Source of the DNA: Entomortierella parvispora E1425
Lineage: Eukaryota > Fungi > Mortierellomycota
Length of the DNA: 64,000 nt
Assembly (NCBI GenBank): GCA_020891255.1
Contig: BQFW01000002.1
Location: 3,596,001 to 3,660,000 of the forward strand
Direction: 5' to 3'
Shown: positions 34,645-48,571 of the stretch, piece by piece
Layout: every line of letters starts with the position of its first letter
Numbering within the stretch: the first letter of the stretch is position 1
Position numbers and translations under genes: made by a program
The notes under the pieces: model-generated
Databases searched by the model: none
The model's input: the letters and a program-made list of their open reading frames with translations, nothing else
Told to the model about the DNA's origin: nothing

Positions 34645-37600
34645 ATGCCCGTCTCGCCCACCTTCGTGGACCAGCCCCCACCACCTCTCTCGAGAGGCAA
34701 CTCGGTCGTGTCCCTGTACCAGTCCTGCCTCAACTTGCTCGAGCGTCTCTCGGGTGTGCCCGACTTTGAAGAGTATCTCAACCCAGATCTGCTCCTGTCC
34801 ACCCAAGCTGGCACCCCCTCGGGCTCCAGCCCCAACGACCCTGTCAACCAGCTTTGGGTACTCTTTCGCCTCGGATCTCCTCTTGCCTGCATCTTCAATG
34901 GCCTTCGCCCCTTAGAGCCTCTCAAGATCAACAGCGTCGACAACAACCTCAGCAACCTCAATGCCTGCAAGGCATTGGTCTTCCGCTTCCTTGTCGCCTG
35001 TCGCAAGGAACTCCAGTTCAGCGAGGATGATCTTTTCACTATCACTGAGCTCTATCAGGATGATACCAACGGCTTCGTGAAGGTAAAAGTTCACTCTCAT
35101 TCTTCCCAATCTCATTATCTGCATTACTCCTATCCCCTCCCAGATCCAAGCCATTCAATGCGAACCAATGGCTCTATCAACCTCCACATCCCCCCCCCCC
35201 CGGCCTCTCCCCTTGTTTTGTTTGCCTCGTCTCCCCCTTCTTTCCACGTTTGTTTGTGATTGTTCTCTTGCAGTTCATTCCCCTTTTCAGGCTGTCCTCC
35301 CCCGTCTCTCCTTTAATTGGTTCCCCTTTCCGTCTTCCCATCCTCTCGCACACTCAGGACTCTTGCTCTTTCGTTTCTCTCGTTCTCGCCTCTCTCTCGC
35401 CATCCCCTCTCTTACAATTATCCTTGTCCCTGAGTGCCTTTTTCAGTCCACATTATCTTTGTGCCCCAATCCCAATTTTTATATTCCCGGTTGAGCGCCA
35501 TTGTTTCTCCCACCTGCCTTTGTGCTCCATGTCCGTTGCATTTTGCTTGCAGCACCAACAGCAAAATCAACAATAACTGCAGCCCCCCCCCATGCTTGTT
35601 GCTTCCCGCCAGCATTGATGCACACGGCACGGACACGGACACCAGCACACACACGCACAAACACACACACAAACACACGCACCCGCACACGCACCCGCAC
35701 CCACCTTGGTCACTCGAGAGTTCAGCTCTGCCCACCTTCTTTGTTCCGCCCATTGTTCCGCCCATGCTCCCTGAAAATGTTGAAAGAAAATTGCGCGGGT
35801 CCTCGACAGGGTTGCGGGGGGTGAAACGGGGGTATCAGCGTTCTTTTGGGTCCTCACTCCGAGCTCTTGGATCATGGTCATGTTCCCGCCTCACCGTATC
35901 TCCCACACACCCCAGAGCTGGCTCCCGTCCAAACCCCTTTCCTTTTTCACCCATTCACTTTCTCTATATACATTCTTGGGTGTGGCATCTCCAAAATTTT
36001 CCGTGAGGCAATTGCGCACCTGCCACAATTTTATGCAGTTGTGGTGCTTTGTCGCACCAACCACTCCCTCCCGTTTTTTTCGGACTAATCGATCGACGGA
36101 ACTTTCAATTGATATGATCCCTAATCGCATTGTCTTCCTTTGGCATGAATTGTTTCCTGGTTCGATTTTTTAGGTCATCAAGACCGTCAGCATGGTCCTG
36201 GATCGTATGGAAGATCTGGGCTTGCTTCGAGCAAGACGTACCAAGCGTAATTCAGACCCCGCAAAGCCAACTGATAACCGTGCCAAGGTTGTCAACGAGA
36301 TTCTCGAAACTGAGCGCAGCTATGTGCAGGACTTGGAAAGCCTTCAGGCCTACATGCGCGCGCTTCAGACTGACGGAACCGTCATCTCCCCAGAAGCGAT
36401 CCACCTTATCTTTGCCAACCTCAATGCATTGGTTGACTTCCAACGACGATTCCTCATTGCCATCGAGACCAATGCCGCTTTCAGTGCCCAAGATCAAAAC
36501 TTTGGCTTGGTGTTCCTTCAGCACGAGGAGGCCTTCTCTGTCTACGAACCCTTCTGCGCCAACTTTGCTGAAGCCAGCAAACTTATCATCGCTGAGGGTC
36601 CCAAATTGGCCGTAAGTTGTTGCTCCTTCTCTCTGTCCAACACTTTTGATGAATGGTATCCATATTAACCTTCCCTTTTTCGTCAATTTTAGAAAATGGC
36701 CCATTTGATGGAACCCACTCATGGAATCACTTCGCAATTGATCAAGCCCGTCCAGCGTATTTGCAAGTACCCTCTCTTCATGCACGAGCTCATCAAGTTG
36801 ACCGACCCAGAGTTCCCTTACTACCGCGACCTCGTTCAGGGTCAGGCTTCTATCAAGCGTGTTGCCGACCGCATCAATGAGACCAACCGCAAGCAGGACA
36901 ACCACTTGATTGCACAAGCATTGCAGCACAAGGTTGCCTGGAAAGACGGAGAGCTTGTCTCGGACTTTGGCACCCTGTTGTTGCACGACACCTTGTTGAA
37001 CCCTCGTGGAAACTCGGACAAGGCTCTGGAGGTCTTTTTGTTTGAAAAGATTCTCGTGTGCTGTCAAGAGATTGTCAGCAAGAAGAAGCAGCCCAAGGTC
37101 CTTCCTCGAGGTGCCAAGCCCAAGCCGACCCTCCACCTCAATGGACGTATCTACATCAACAACATCAAGTCGATCCTCCCCGTCTCAGCGTCTGGATCAT
37201 ATGTTCTTCATGTTGTCTGGAATGTAGCCGCAGAAGAGTTTGAACTCCGTTGCAGAAACGAGGACCAACTCAAGAAATGGCACTCTGTGCTCGACAAACT
37301 CGTCACTGATGCCAACGCCCAGAAGGCAAACATTGTTTCGACCACCAACTTTATTGGAGTGCCAACCATGAACCACGAGCAGTCCTCCTTCTACCGCGAC
37401 GACGACGACTACCTTGACGAGGACCTGGATGGTGACGAGGAAGATGGCTACGAAGACTCGAGGGGCTACCGCAGCAATTCATTGCCTTTCGGTCATGCTC
37501 AGCCAGCCATGCTTGGCTCTCGTCCTCGTGCAAAGACAGAAGATGGCACCGTGCCACCAGCTGGTCTCTGGAATGCTCGTGCTGGCGGATACACTGCACA

Positions 37601-38501
37601 TGCGACAGCTAATGGTCGCCCCTCTCCTCCAGGCATGTCTCTTCCCCCCCTGCCCCGCACTACCAGCAGTTCAAGCACCGCCATGGGCGTCATGTCACCT
37701 GGAGAGTATCCTTACTCCCCTCCTTCTTCTTACCCTGCTTCACCTACAGTCTCAAACCCCCGAGGCTCCACTAGCAGCAGTAGTTCTTGGCAGCGACGCA
37801 GCAATGGCGAGGGTCACTCGCCTATGTCTGAGACCATGTCCAAGTTCATGACACACCACGATGGCTCGGACGACTATACCCAGGGACAGCCTCTCTCCCG
37901 TAACGCATCCACAGGCTACTCTTACAATGCCACGCCTTCGGCAGCCCCCCCAGTTCCTCCAATCCCTGGTCAATTGCGTGTCCGCGCCCAGAGTAGTCCC
38001 AACATTCACGCGGCTGCCAACCCTCAGTGGCACAATGCCCCCGATATGCCTACGTCGATCTCGCACCACCGCCGTCCCTCGAACTCTAGCGGACCAAATT
38101 CGCCCACGACGCCATACTCTGGATCGTACCCTGCTGTCCCCGCCGTGCCAGCGATTCCCTCGCGTCATAGCTCGCCCAGACCCGATGTTAGCAGGACTCT
38201 TCGCCAGCAACCATCCAACAGCAATTTGAGCGCAGGTGTGCCTCAATTGAAGATCAAGGTCAATTTCCAGGAGGATGCCTACTTGATCGTGGTCCCCATT
38301 CAGATCGGATACAACGAGCTGATTGAGCGAGTTGAGAAGAAGATTCGCCTCTGCGGTTGCCGTCGTTCAGATTCACAGCCGTTGCGCCTTCGTTACAAGG
38401 ATGAGGACAATGACTACATCATCATGAAAGATGACGACGACATTTTGCTCGCCTTCGAGAGCTGCTACGCCGAAGGAGTGATGAACTTGCATGTCAGTTA
38501 A
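34645..38501 (+). CDS. CDC24: Cdc42 guanine-nucleotide exchange factor Cdc24/Scd1 (CH, DH, PH and PB1 domains), 3 exons
   Basis: SLYQSCLNLLERLSGVPDF and DDTNGFVK|VIKTV (intron 35083-36173) form the CH domain. VVNEILETERSYVQDL and LIKPVQRICKYPL form the DH domain. A PH domain follows, then the PB1 LKIKVNFQED...LRYKDEDNDYIIMKDDDDI. Confidence 0.97.
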
Positions 38502-39696
38502 GAATGTGGAAGGACCTTTCTTTCTCCCCCTCTTTTCGCAGTCCTCGCCTCTTCTTTTCTCTTTCTGTCATTCGCATGCGGTCTCTTCAGTTCTGTTGGT
38601 TCATTCGTGCTTCCCGTGTATTTATTCTTCTCTTTCCCCTCCTTTCTCTTGCTTGAGCTTGTCCTTTCATCCTCCCCTCATCGTTTTGTTGATTGTTTCT
38701 TTATACATTTTCCTTCTTTCTTGATAATGTCTACAACATGATGAGCAAGCGAAGCAACCCCCCTCCCCCCCTCCCGCCCTCCTTCCAGCCAGTCAGTCAG
38801 TCGTTCGTCCTTTTTCTCTTTTTTTTCTTCTCCCAACCTACCTCCCCTTTGAAGTTTTGAGTCGTCTTCGTTCAAAAATCCTCCTTTCAAGTTGATGCCT
38901 ATTTCCTCTTTTTTTATTTGAAAAAGAAATATACCACTTTTTTTGTTTTCTCTCTCTCTATCTCTGTCAATCAACTCTTTTTTTATCTCCATCTTTCTGT
39001 TCATTGTCTGCTCAAGCATCGTTGAATGCTTGGGCAGTGTGAGGAACTGAATGATTTCGACATTTGAACTCAAATTGATATGGACATCGGACTGAACGGC
39101 ACAAAAAAATCCAACAACAAAAAAAAAAAAAAAAAAACACGAGCCTGAACATCAACGATGATTACGATCGAGCACGACAAACGACAATGATCAACGACGC
39201 AACGACAACGACAAATGATAACGAACCCATTCTAATGACCGTCACGACCCTCTCACGTAATGACCCATTTGCAACGACAAGGCATCGATCATGAGAGAAG
39301 CAAACTTCAGACCTGGAAAACAAGAACAACGCACTTGCGCACGCGACGTGCTGGTCTAGGAAAGTTCCGCCAGAGAAAGTGAGAGTCAAATCGACTCCCA
39401 TCTCTGGAGGAGGACACCTAGATCTAGGCAGGACCCAAGTCCATCGGTCGGGTCGCTTCTTCAAGTCCCCGTTTTTTTTTTTTTACTCCAGTAGAGAGTC
39501 GTATCCCTGGTTCAGATTCCTGCCTTCACGGGCAGACGTTCTGTGGCCAGGATTGCGTGCTCTATTGTACATTTTGTACATTTCCCTGTACAGTCGCGTT
39601 TGCAGCAATGCAACTCCTTGTCCAAAAGTCTGGAGATCGCATCTCTTTGATCTTGGCCTCTTTTTACGACACCACACACGCGCACACACGCACACA

Positions 39697-39735
<39 letters not shown>

Positions 39736-40213
39736 ATACACGCACCTTTGCACGCGGAACGCCCTTGCTTTGTCCTCATGACCCTCTAATGCCCATATCA
39801 TAGACACCCTCCCACACAGAATCGTGTGCACATTTGTTCGCTCTCTCCCTCTGTCTCTCTGTCTTCCTCGCTTGTAAATATTCCCTTCACCCTCATTCGA
39901 TCCGTATCCGAATAAAAATCGACTGGACAGTCCATTGTCCCTTGTCACCCAATCTTTTATTTTGTTTCCCCCTTTGCCCGCAAAAAAGAGCGAAAGAGAA
40001 GAGAAAAAGAAAAGGAAGCGCGAAGGAGAGCGAGCGAGGGAGGAGGAACGAATGAAGAGAAGCGAGAAGGAAGAAAAGGGAAAAAAGAAAGACGGATTCT
40101 TTCCTTTGGTTTCTGATTTCCTTGTCAGCTCGAAACCGCCGCCCGGTCGCGACCCCATATTCTTTCTGTGGCCTTGCAGTTCGTTCGTTCCATAGTTTTG
40201 CTCGTCCTCCCTA

Positions 40214-40255
40214 CCCTCCCTCCCTCCCTCCCTCCCTCCCTCCCTCCCTCCCTCC
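40214..40255. repeat. (CCCT)n microsatellite
   Basis: About 10 units upstream of the SulP gene. Confidence 0.9.
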
Positions 40256-40600
40256 ATCGAACCACCACCACCGACTCCTCTGTCTCTCTCTCACTCACTT
40301 CCTGGCTCTCCTCTCTCTCGCTCTCTCGCTCTCTCTTATCTGTCTGTCTGTCTGACCCCATCTACCTTCCCATCCATCCCTTCATCCCTCCATCTCGGCA
40401 TTTCATTGCCTAAATCCCTCCTCCTCCTCTCTTCTCCTCTCTCCTCTTTCTTCCTTCCTCCCATCTCCCCATCTCTCCGAACTTGTCCCTGCAGGTAAGA
40501 ACCGAGCACGAGGTTGTGCTCTTCCTAACAGTGCTGTCCTCAGCCCAACTTTCTTTCCTCATTGTCGGTGGCATCCCCGCACAGGAGCGAATGTCATCTC

Positions 40601-40631
<31 letters not shown>

Positions 40632-40754
40632 CCTTTTCAACTTTTGACTCATATTGTCTTCTTTTCTCTCTCCTTCTTTTCTCTCTTCCTTCTCTTTCTT
40701 CGTCTCTTTCGCCTTCTTCTTCTTCTTCCCACAGCAGCAGCGTGTGTGTCTCCG

Positions 40755-43700
40755 ATGACAAGCTACAAGAGCTCTCACGCCTTCGAGACTCTTCAGTCCA
40801 GTCGTCCTCCCCTCAAAAAGACGCCCACCACCAACGCCAATACCCCCCAAGCCGATCAAAATGGCCTTGGCACCAGTAACAGCCCTTCCGCCCCCTCCAA
40901 CTTCTCCACCTCGTTCCAACAGCAACAGTCCGCCACACCCACGGATGCCCCTTCTTCCTCGATCAACTTCATCGCTGCCAGGAAAAGGTCCAACTCGATC
41001 AACTCGGCCCTGATCGACGAGCCCTTCACTCAACCACACTCCTTGGCGCACTCCTCCGTGGCCTTTTCGTCTTCACTAGTGCGTGAGCAGTCTCTGGCTC
41101 TTGGTCATTTGGAGCAGAGGCACTCCTTGGACTCGCCCTCGTCCCCAACCGGATCTCATTCTCTCTCCGGTCCCTCCTGGGCCACCGTCGCAGAAACACC
41201 CTCGGGAAGCATGCGCCAAGCCAGCTCCTTGCTCCTTCAACAACAACAACAGCAGCAGCAGGAACAGCCTTTGGCGATCCGCCGCAAGAGCGTGGACAGG
41301 ACTAAGAATGATCCACAGCAGGTACTGCCCGACAGGAGAAGTCCCCCAAGTGGGTTGAGTTTGCTACTAAAGACCAATGACTCTGGAAACAACAACAATG
41401 GCAAGAGCAAGACGGGCCCGAGCAACTCTGCAGCTGGTCTTTCTGGATCGGAAGAACAAGCATCCCTCCAAAAACGCCCATCTACCATTACGCTCTCACC
41501 TCCTCCTGTCCGACCCTTGTCCCACGCTGCCTCCTCGTCCTCCACAGGCGCGAACGCACCCACAAGCAACAGCAACAACACGACTCTTCCCAGAACTCAG
41601 TCCTCCACATCCTTGGATGCAGACGAGTATGATGACGCAGCCATTGAGCATATGCTGGCCTTAAATGCAAAGAGATCGTCCGGCAGAGTGGCGTCATTTC
41701 TATCAAAGTTGGGCCAACCATTTCGAAAGACCCCAGCAGCAGGTTCTGCAACAGGAGCAGTGGGCACACAGGAGACGGATCGTCTACTCGCACCCAACAA
41801 CACGAATGGATCGGCATGTTATGATACTGTGGTTGCACCTCGGCGACCCTCCAACCAGAGGAGCGATTCTCTCCCTGGTGGCAATGATGGACCAGAATCG
41901 ATTTGGAAAGAGTTCAGGGCGACGCGATGGAACCGCAAGACCCTTGTGCAAAAGTGTGTGGTTGAACCGATTGGATTCATGCCCGCGGTGATCCTCGGAC
42001 TACTGCTCAACCTGCTGGATGCCGTTTCGTATGGTAAGGGAATGGTTGCTATCTCGAACCAAGGGAGTTTGTCGGCAAAAAAAAAACGAGACGAAACTCT
42101 TCGGACAAACAAAAAAGAAGTGGGTTCTGACACCGCGTGACAAGATGGGATTATTTTCTTTTTGGGTTGTTGTACCAGCCTAAATCTTAACCGTCCGAGG
42201 AAAGGACCAATTGAGCTAACCACCACCATTGTTTTTCTCGTTTGGGTTATGTAATGCAGGAATGATCATCTTCCCGCTCAACATTGCGCCCTTCCAGGCC
42301 CTTGGACCGGACGGTATCTCCATGTTCTTTGTTAGCTGTGTGGTTTCGCAGTTGGTCTACTCTCTCGGCGGCAGTGCCTTCAAGGGTGGCAATGGAAGCA
42401 TGATGATCGAGGTGGTTCCGTTCCTGCATCTGATGTAAGTTGTGTTCGTGCAGTCCCCAGCTTGGGCTAGTATGAGATAGTGTTTTCTTTGTGTCTTTTG
42501 ATTTGTTCCTTGGGAGGATGTGTCACCGAAGGAAGGAAAGAAGGGGCTACAGCAATCAGCTGTGTGTATATGTGGGCGTATGCTAGTGTTTTGTTTGGAC
42601 GCAAGGACCTGTTTTTGTTCCGCGGCGCAAGCTGGAAGACACCATTTCCGTGATCAATGCAACGCCACTAAACCTGCTTCACATCTGTCCGTGTCAAATA
42701 GGGCTGAGACGGTTGTTGGTAGAATTGGCGCCGAGAACAGAGACGAGGTGCTGGCAACCACCATCCTTGCCTATGCTCTGAGTACCATCATGACTGGAGC
42801 TGTGTTCATGGCTCTTGGTTACTTCAAGGTAAACCCTCTTTCTTGTTTTGTACATCGATTCAGTCCAATTGGTCCATCACCTCTTATCGCATTCATCTTG
42901 TCTTTAGCTTGGATCTCTTATCGCCTTCTTCCCTCGTCATATTCTCGTGGGATGCATTGGAGGTGTCGGATGGTTCTTGATCATCACTGGCCTCGAAGTA
43001 TCTTCAAGGATGACAACAGAGCTGACATACACGTGGGAAACATTCAAATTTTTGTTCTTCAATGCACACATCTTTGCATTGTGGTCGAGCGCTTTTGGTC
43101 TTGCCCTTCTCTTGCGTCTGCTTCAGCACAAGATCCGTCACCCTTTCCTGGTCCCAGTCTTTTTCATGGTGGTCCCAGGAATGTTTTACACAATTGTGGC
43201 CTTGGCAGGATGGGACTGGGACATGCTCCGCAACAATGGCTGGGTGTTCCCAATGCCCGAAGGAAACGCTCCCGGCTGGCAGTTCTACAGCTACTTTGGT
43301 AAGCGGGAACTAGTGTCCGTGGCTGGCTTAGAGTCTTGTCATGTTTGAGAGCTTCCTTCACTAAGCTGGTTTTCTATTTCCGACCTGGCGTGTTTTTTTT
43401 ATGTCATTCCTCAATTAGACCTCAAGAAGACAGACTGGCTTGCAATCCTGGATACAGTCCCCGCGATGTTGGCGCTGACTTTCTTTGGTATCCTTCACGT
43501 TCCGATCAATGTTCCCGCTCTTGGTGTCTCTACTGGACAAGACAACATTGATACGAACAGGGAGTTGGTCGCCCACGGCTGGTCCAACCTCCTCAGTGGT
43601 GGTGTCGGAACTGTACAGAGTAAGTGTGGTTGCCTGATATCTTTAGTCGACAAGGGCTGTTTGTACAGGAATTTTAGGCTCACTCTCGTCATCATCTGCG

Positions 43701-45422
43701 TTTTCTAGACTATCTCGTCTATACCAACTCTTTGTTGTTCATTAAGTCGGGAGGTGACAGCAGAGTCGCTGGAGTCATGCTGGCCATGGCTTCACTGGTT
43801 GTTTTCTTTGTCGGACCCTGGATTGTTGGATATATCCCCGTTATGGTGGTCGGTTCGCTCATTTTCCATCTTGGTCTGGATCTGGTCAAGGAGGCTCTCT
43901 GGGATACCTGGGGTCTTGTTCATCGCCTCGAGTACATCACCATTGCGTTGATTGTGGTGGCCATGGCAGGATTCGGCTTTGTGGAGGGCATCTTCTTGGG
44001 CATCTTGCTCGCTTGTGTCTTCTTTGTGGTATCCAACTCACGGAAGGATGGCGTCCGTTACTCTTGCACCGGAGAAAGCGCCAAGAGTACCGTTCGCCGT
44101 GTGTACAGACAGCAAAAGTTTTTGCGCCAGGTCGGACGTCAGATTTACATTTTCAAGCTGCAAGGAGATTTGTTCTTTGGAACCATTGATAAGGTCGAAA
44201 AAGAGATCCAGGCCGTGTTTTCGCGTCGCCGATGGGAGATCAACCCCATCCAGTTCCTGGTCTTGGATTTCTCGCTGGTTCGCGGAGTTGATTTCTCGGC
44301 TGCAGAAGGATTTGTCCGGATACGTCGCGCTGTTCGTGCCAAGGGTGTCTGTCTGGTTTTGGCTGGTTTGGATGAACAGGGCGAGATTGGAAAGGCCTTG
44401 CAAATGGTTGGCGTCTGGGGAGCAGGCGCCGGAGCAGGACTGGGCGAGGGTCATGGTCAGGGCAACTTCCATCAGGATGGCTTTGACACTCAGACATTCC
44501 CTGGATTGAGCGAGGCACTTGAGTACTGCGAGAATTGCTTATTGGAGACCTATTACCGGACAAGAGAGTCTGCCCTGGAGGTGGCGAAGCGGAAGCGACT
44601 TTTGGAACTGGCGGGTCAGGAGGATGCCAACCCACTGTTGTCGCCCGATTCAGAGTCTACACACTTTTTCTCGGAACAGATGCAAAACTCGCCAAGAAAG
44701 AGCCATCTCTTTGAAGCTGCGCGCGAGACTCTTTTGGGTAAGATGATATTTTTCGGCTTCATTTATTCCTTCTGGACTCTTGCTGAATATGTGGACTAAT
44801 CTCTGACATCCTTCGTTAGTTCGCGAGCGTCCTTTCCCTCACCCAATCAACCTTCAGCAGCCTGTGCCAACTCTGCTGGCCGCTTTCCACGACACGCGCG
44901 ACAATCCCACGGATTTCTTCCTGCGATTGAGCATGTACTTTGTGCGGCGGACAGTGCTTGCGGGCACGATTCTCTGGCGTCAGGGTGGATCGCCTACTGA
45001 TGGTATCTACTTGGTAGAGTCAGGAACGCTCCGGAGTGTCTTGGAGTTCCAGGACAGCGGAATGGTCCGACGCAGCGTGGAAGTTATCTTGCCAGGGACG
45101 ATTTCCGGCGAGATTGGGTTGTTTACAGGCAATGATCGATCTTCGACCTTGGTCTCGGAGACGGATGGCATTGTGTGGGGCCTGAGTCAGGAACAGTTCC
45201 AGAAGATGGTCAAGGACGACCCTGCTTTGGCGGTGGAGTTTATGAGGGTGGCCATGAGCTACTCTGCTGGTAAGTTTTATATTGGCTCTATGTGCTTTGT
45301 GCATGGTGGATCGCTGGCTTGATAATGTTTGAACTCTTTTTTTTTTTCTAACTCGTTGCAATTTTCTCGTCTTTCTAGAACGATTGAATACCATGGCAGC
45401 GTACGCCTTCTCACTTAGTTAG
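40755..45422 (+). CDS. SulP/SLC26-family transporter with STAS and C-terminal cNMP-binding domains (yeast Vsb1/Ygr125w-like), multi-exon
   Basis: [18 protein letters not shown]|MIIFP; [26 protein letters not shown]; [16 protein letters not shown]; [11 protein letters not shown]; [17 protein letters not shown]...[19 protein letters not shown]; cNMP-like [18 protein letters not shown]...GEIGLF. The last exon ends AYAFSLS* at 45422. Confidence 0.92.
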
Positions 45423-45546
45423 AGGAGGACCAAGGGAAACCAAAAGTACGCAAAGAAACACAAAGAGAAGAAAGCTGTCTTCTCAAGCAAGCAAGCAGGC
45501 ACACACATGATATATATAAAGTCCAGAGCAGTGTGTCCTTTGTTTA

Positions 45547-45547
<1 letters not shown>

Positions 45548-45588
<41 letters not shown>
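45548..45588. repeat. (TGTC)n microsatellite
   Basis: About 10 perfect units. Confidence 0.9.
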
Positions 45589-45595
<7 letters not shown>

Positions 45596-45950
45596 CATGT
45601 GGTTGTGAGTTTGTCGGCGATCGCACGTCGATCTGAAGATCCGACATTGTCGCGTTGTGTTTCTGGGTGACAGCAGACCAATGACCGTGCGCAAAGTTGC
45701 GTCTGTCAAATGAAAAACCACAGCCACTTTTGGGGTGACACACCGGAACTTGCAGAGAATGCAATGCTTCTTTTTGTCATTGTCCTCATTGCATTCCTTG
45801 GCGTTTACAACATTCGGAGGGAGTTTTTTTTTCCAGTTTTGGTTGAACTACTGCCTGCTGCACCCTGTCTTCCTTCTTATTGTTCACCACCTTTGTTTCC
45901 CTCATACCCACCCTCAGGAAACCTTTTTTTTTTTCATTTTTTTTTCATTA

Positions 45951-47876
45951 ATGATCGACTTTACAGCAACCTTGGATCGTTTGGAAATATTGGCAGAACA
46001 TGTGCCATGGCCACAGATCAGCAAGACTCGGTTCTTTCACTGGGTCACTACCACCACCACCGCCGATCCCTCGACAGCCTATAGTTTCCCCCACTTTCTC
46101 TACCCGCGCCACCACCTGTACACCGTCAGCACAACGTTGTACACATCCGTTTTTCTAGCCTCTGTCATGGGGCTGTACGGATTGCTATTGGTCCACACTC
46201 GCCCTTCGTTCCGTTCAGTCTTTCGGCCAAACATTGTCCTCCGTCGCACCAAGGTCAACAACAGTCGTCGTCTTCCTCCTCCTGCAGCAGGGATTCCACT
46301 ATCCACAAGGACCAAACAATGTCTAGCCTTCCCCATGTGGTGCACCTTGGTAGGCTGGCCCCTTTGGGTCAGCTGTGAGAGCACCCTGCTTCAGTTGGGT
46401 GTAGCCCTGTTTGCAGCTTGGATCGGTCAAAGAACTTTGGACGTCTATTTCATTCAACCTTGGTCTGGCGTGGCAGAGATGAGGCAGACATCTTATCGAG
46501 ATTACACTGCGTTCATGAAAGCTTCAGGGTCCAAAGCACAGGAGAAGGAGAGGGAAAAGAAGGGTCGGGAGAGCATCGAAGGCCATCCGGCATCGGACAG
46601 CGAAAGGGAACACGGAATCCTCAGGAGGTCGGTCCGATTGCAGCTGGTCAGGGCCAAGAGATCATCCTCCTCGTCTTCATCTCCCTCTTCCTCCTCATTC
46701 TCTTCAGACGCTATTACTGCTGCTGCTACTGACGAGGCTGCTGCTATCGCTCCAATGACATGTGCAACACCAGGCGAGTCCAAAATCATTAGGGAGAAGG
46801 GTCGGCTGACTCTGGACCCAACACACCAAACCCCGGAACAGTCAGGAGAGGACAAGAGAATGAAAACAAGTGCAATGGTCCTCAACTGGGATTGGGACCG
46901 CCTCATGATCGAGCTATGGTTGCCGATGAGAAGGTTTTCTCGACCTTCACCCTCTTCTTCCTCCTCTTCCTCCGTGCAGGCATCCACGTCTTCGTCGTCG
47001 TCGCCGTTACGGTTGAAGCAACAGTCGGGTTCTCCGTCCTCGACTCGGAGCCAGCGGTTCATAATCGGGAGCCATCTTGTTTGGACGGTGATTGTCTACC
47101 GATTCCTAATTGACTGGCTCGTGTACAAACTCTCGTTTGTCCCCTTGGACTGGGTCCAATCCTCGGGCTCTGTTCGTTACGGGATCTTTGTGACGCTGAG
47201 CGGCGCCCTCATCATGCTGATGACGCTCTGGCCCGTCCGTCTCGCCGCTTGGATCTATCACCGTCGCTACAGTCATCTGCCTGGGCACCAGACGCTGGAC
47301 GTGGAGGAATGGACCATGTTGGGGAACCCCTTGCCGTGTTTTGCGACCACGCCTGTGGAATTTTGGCTTCATTGGCACACGATCTTGCGGTACATCTGGG
47401 TCGATCTTGGATTTTTGCCGACGCGAAAGATGTGCCGAGAGGTGTTGACGAAGGAACGCGTTGGAAGGACGGTGTCCCAAGTGGCCGAAGAGGTATTGCC
47501 GGTGATGGCGGTGTTTACGTTATCGGGGCTGTTGCATGCCTATGTGGTGATGGCGGTTTGGCGAGAGTCTGGATGGAGTCAAATGGCCTATTTCTGGATC
47601 CAGGGAGCCGCCGTCGTGCTGACGAAAGGATTGGAGAGGACCAAATTCGGGCGGTGGATCCATCGGGCTCGGCAAGACAAAGCAGAGGATGTGGGAGGGA
47701 GCAAGGCCAAGGCGAGGCGGATGGTGTTGGATGGGGTGGGGTGGACATTGATGATATTGGTGTGGCATGTGGCGACGGTGCCGCTGTTTGTAGAGCCATA
47801 TCTGAAGAGTGGGATGTGGCTTGAGATCAGGGAACTGAGTCTTGTGTGGTGGATCATGACCAAAGTCACTCCGTGA
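45951..47876 (+). CDS. membrane-bound O-acyltransferase (wax-synthase/MBOAT_2-like)
   Basis: Likely ATG at 45951; multiple TM segments; PCFATTPVEFWLHWHTILRYIW (FW..WH motif); VFTLSGLLHAY (position of the catalytic His); YFWIQG. Confidence 0.85.
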   Translation: MIDFTATLDRLEILAEHVPWPQISKTRFFHWVTTTTTADPSTAYSFPHFLYPRHHLYTVSTTLYTSVFLASVMGLYGLLLVHTRPSFRSVFRPNIVLRRTKVNNSRRLPPPAAGIPLSTRTKQCLAFPMWCTLVGWPLWVSCESTLLQLGVALFAAWIGQRTLDVYFIQPWSGVAEMRQTSYRDYTAFMKASGSKAQEKEREKKGRESIEGHPASDSEREHGILRRSVRLQLVRAKRSSSSSSSPSSSSFSSDAITAAATDEAAAIAPMTCATPGESKIIREKGRLTLDPTHQTPEQSGEDKRMKTSAMVLNWDWDRLMIELWLPMRRFSRPSPSSSSSSSVQASTSSSSSPLRLKQQSGSPSSTRSQRFIIGSHLVWTVIVYRFLIDWLVYKLSFVPLDWVQSSGSVRYGIFVTLSGALIMLMTLWPVRLAAWIYHRRYSHLPGHQTLDVEEWTMLGNPLPCFATTPVEFWLHWHTILRYIWVDLGFLPTRKMCREVLTKERVGRTVSQVAEEVLPVMAVFTLSGLLHAYVVMAVWRESGWSQMAYFWIQGAAVVLTKGLERTKFGRWIHRARQDKAEDVGGSKAKARRMVLDGVGWTLMILVWHVATVPLFVEPYLKSGMWLEIRELSLVWWIMTKVTP

Positions 47877-48571
47877 ACAGAACGACGAATTCATATTAGC
47901 AAATCCCGATCGGCAGGTCCTCAGTGTCAGTCCGTATACCAGATTAAAGAGAAACGGTTCTTCACCTGTTCTGAGGAGTGTGAAGCAGGCCCTTGAGGTG
48001 CAAGGAGTTGTTCATTTGGAATCATTGGCAAGAAAAGGCATATGATATTGGACCACAGGGATGCTGTAGACCCAAGATGGCGCCCTCGCTGCTCTCATAA
48101 GAGAGAGACCCGAGAGAGCGGAGAGGGGCTTGAGCGTAGGACAACCGTTTTGTTTGTTCGAGTGGACCAATCGCCAGTTCACACCCCTGTCCTGGGCTCA
48201 CTCTGCACATTATCCCACCGAGTGGGGAATGAGGGGAGACCTTTTTTTTTAATTGAAGGAGTTGACACGGATTGGCTGACTGACTGCGGGCGTCTTTCTT
48301 CCCTGCATTCAATCATCAACAAATACCTTCTTCTCTCTTCTTTCCACTTCCCTTCCATTTCTTCCACCCTTGGTTCATCCTTCCTCTAGCTCAACTCTCA
48401 CGCACACTCTACATACTCAAATATACCTACCCTCCTCATTCCACCCGCCCTCGTTCATATACGCAACCCTCAGCCCACCATTCCATTCCTCTTCATTTTC
48501 CACCAAAGTCATTGTTGACTCTTTGGTGCCTCCATCCAGTATTTGCCTAAAAAAAAAAAAAAAACAAACAA

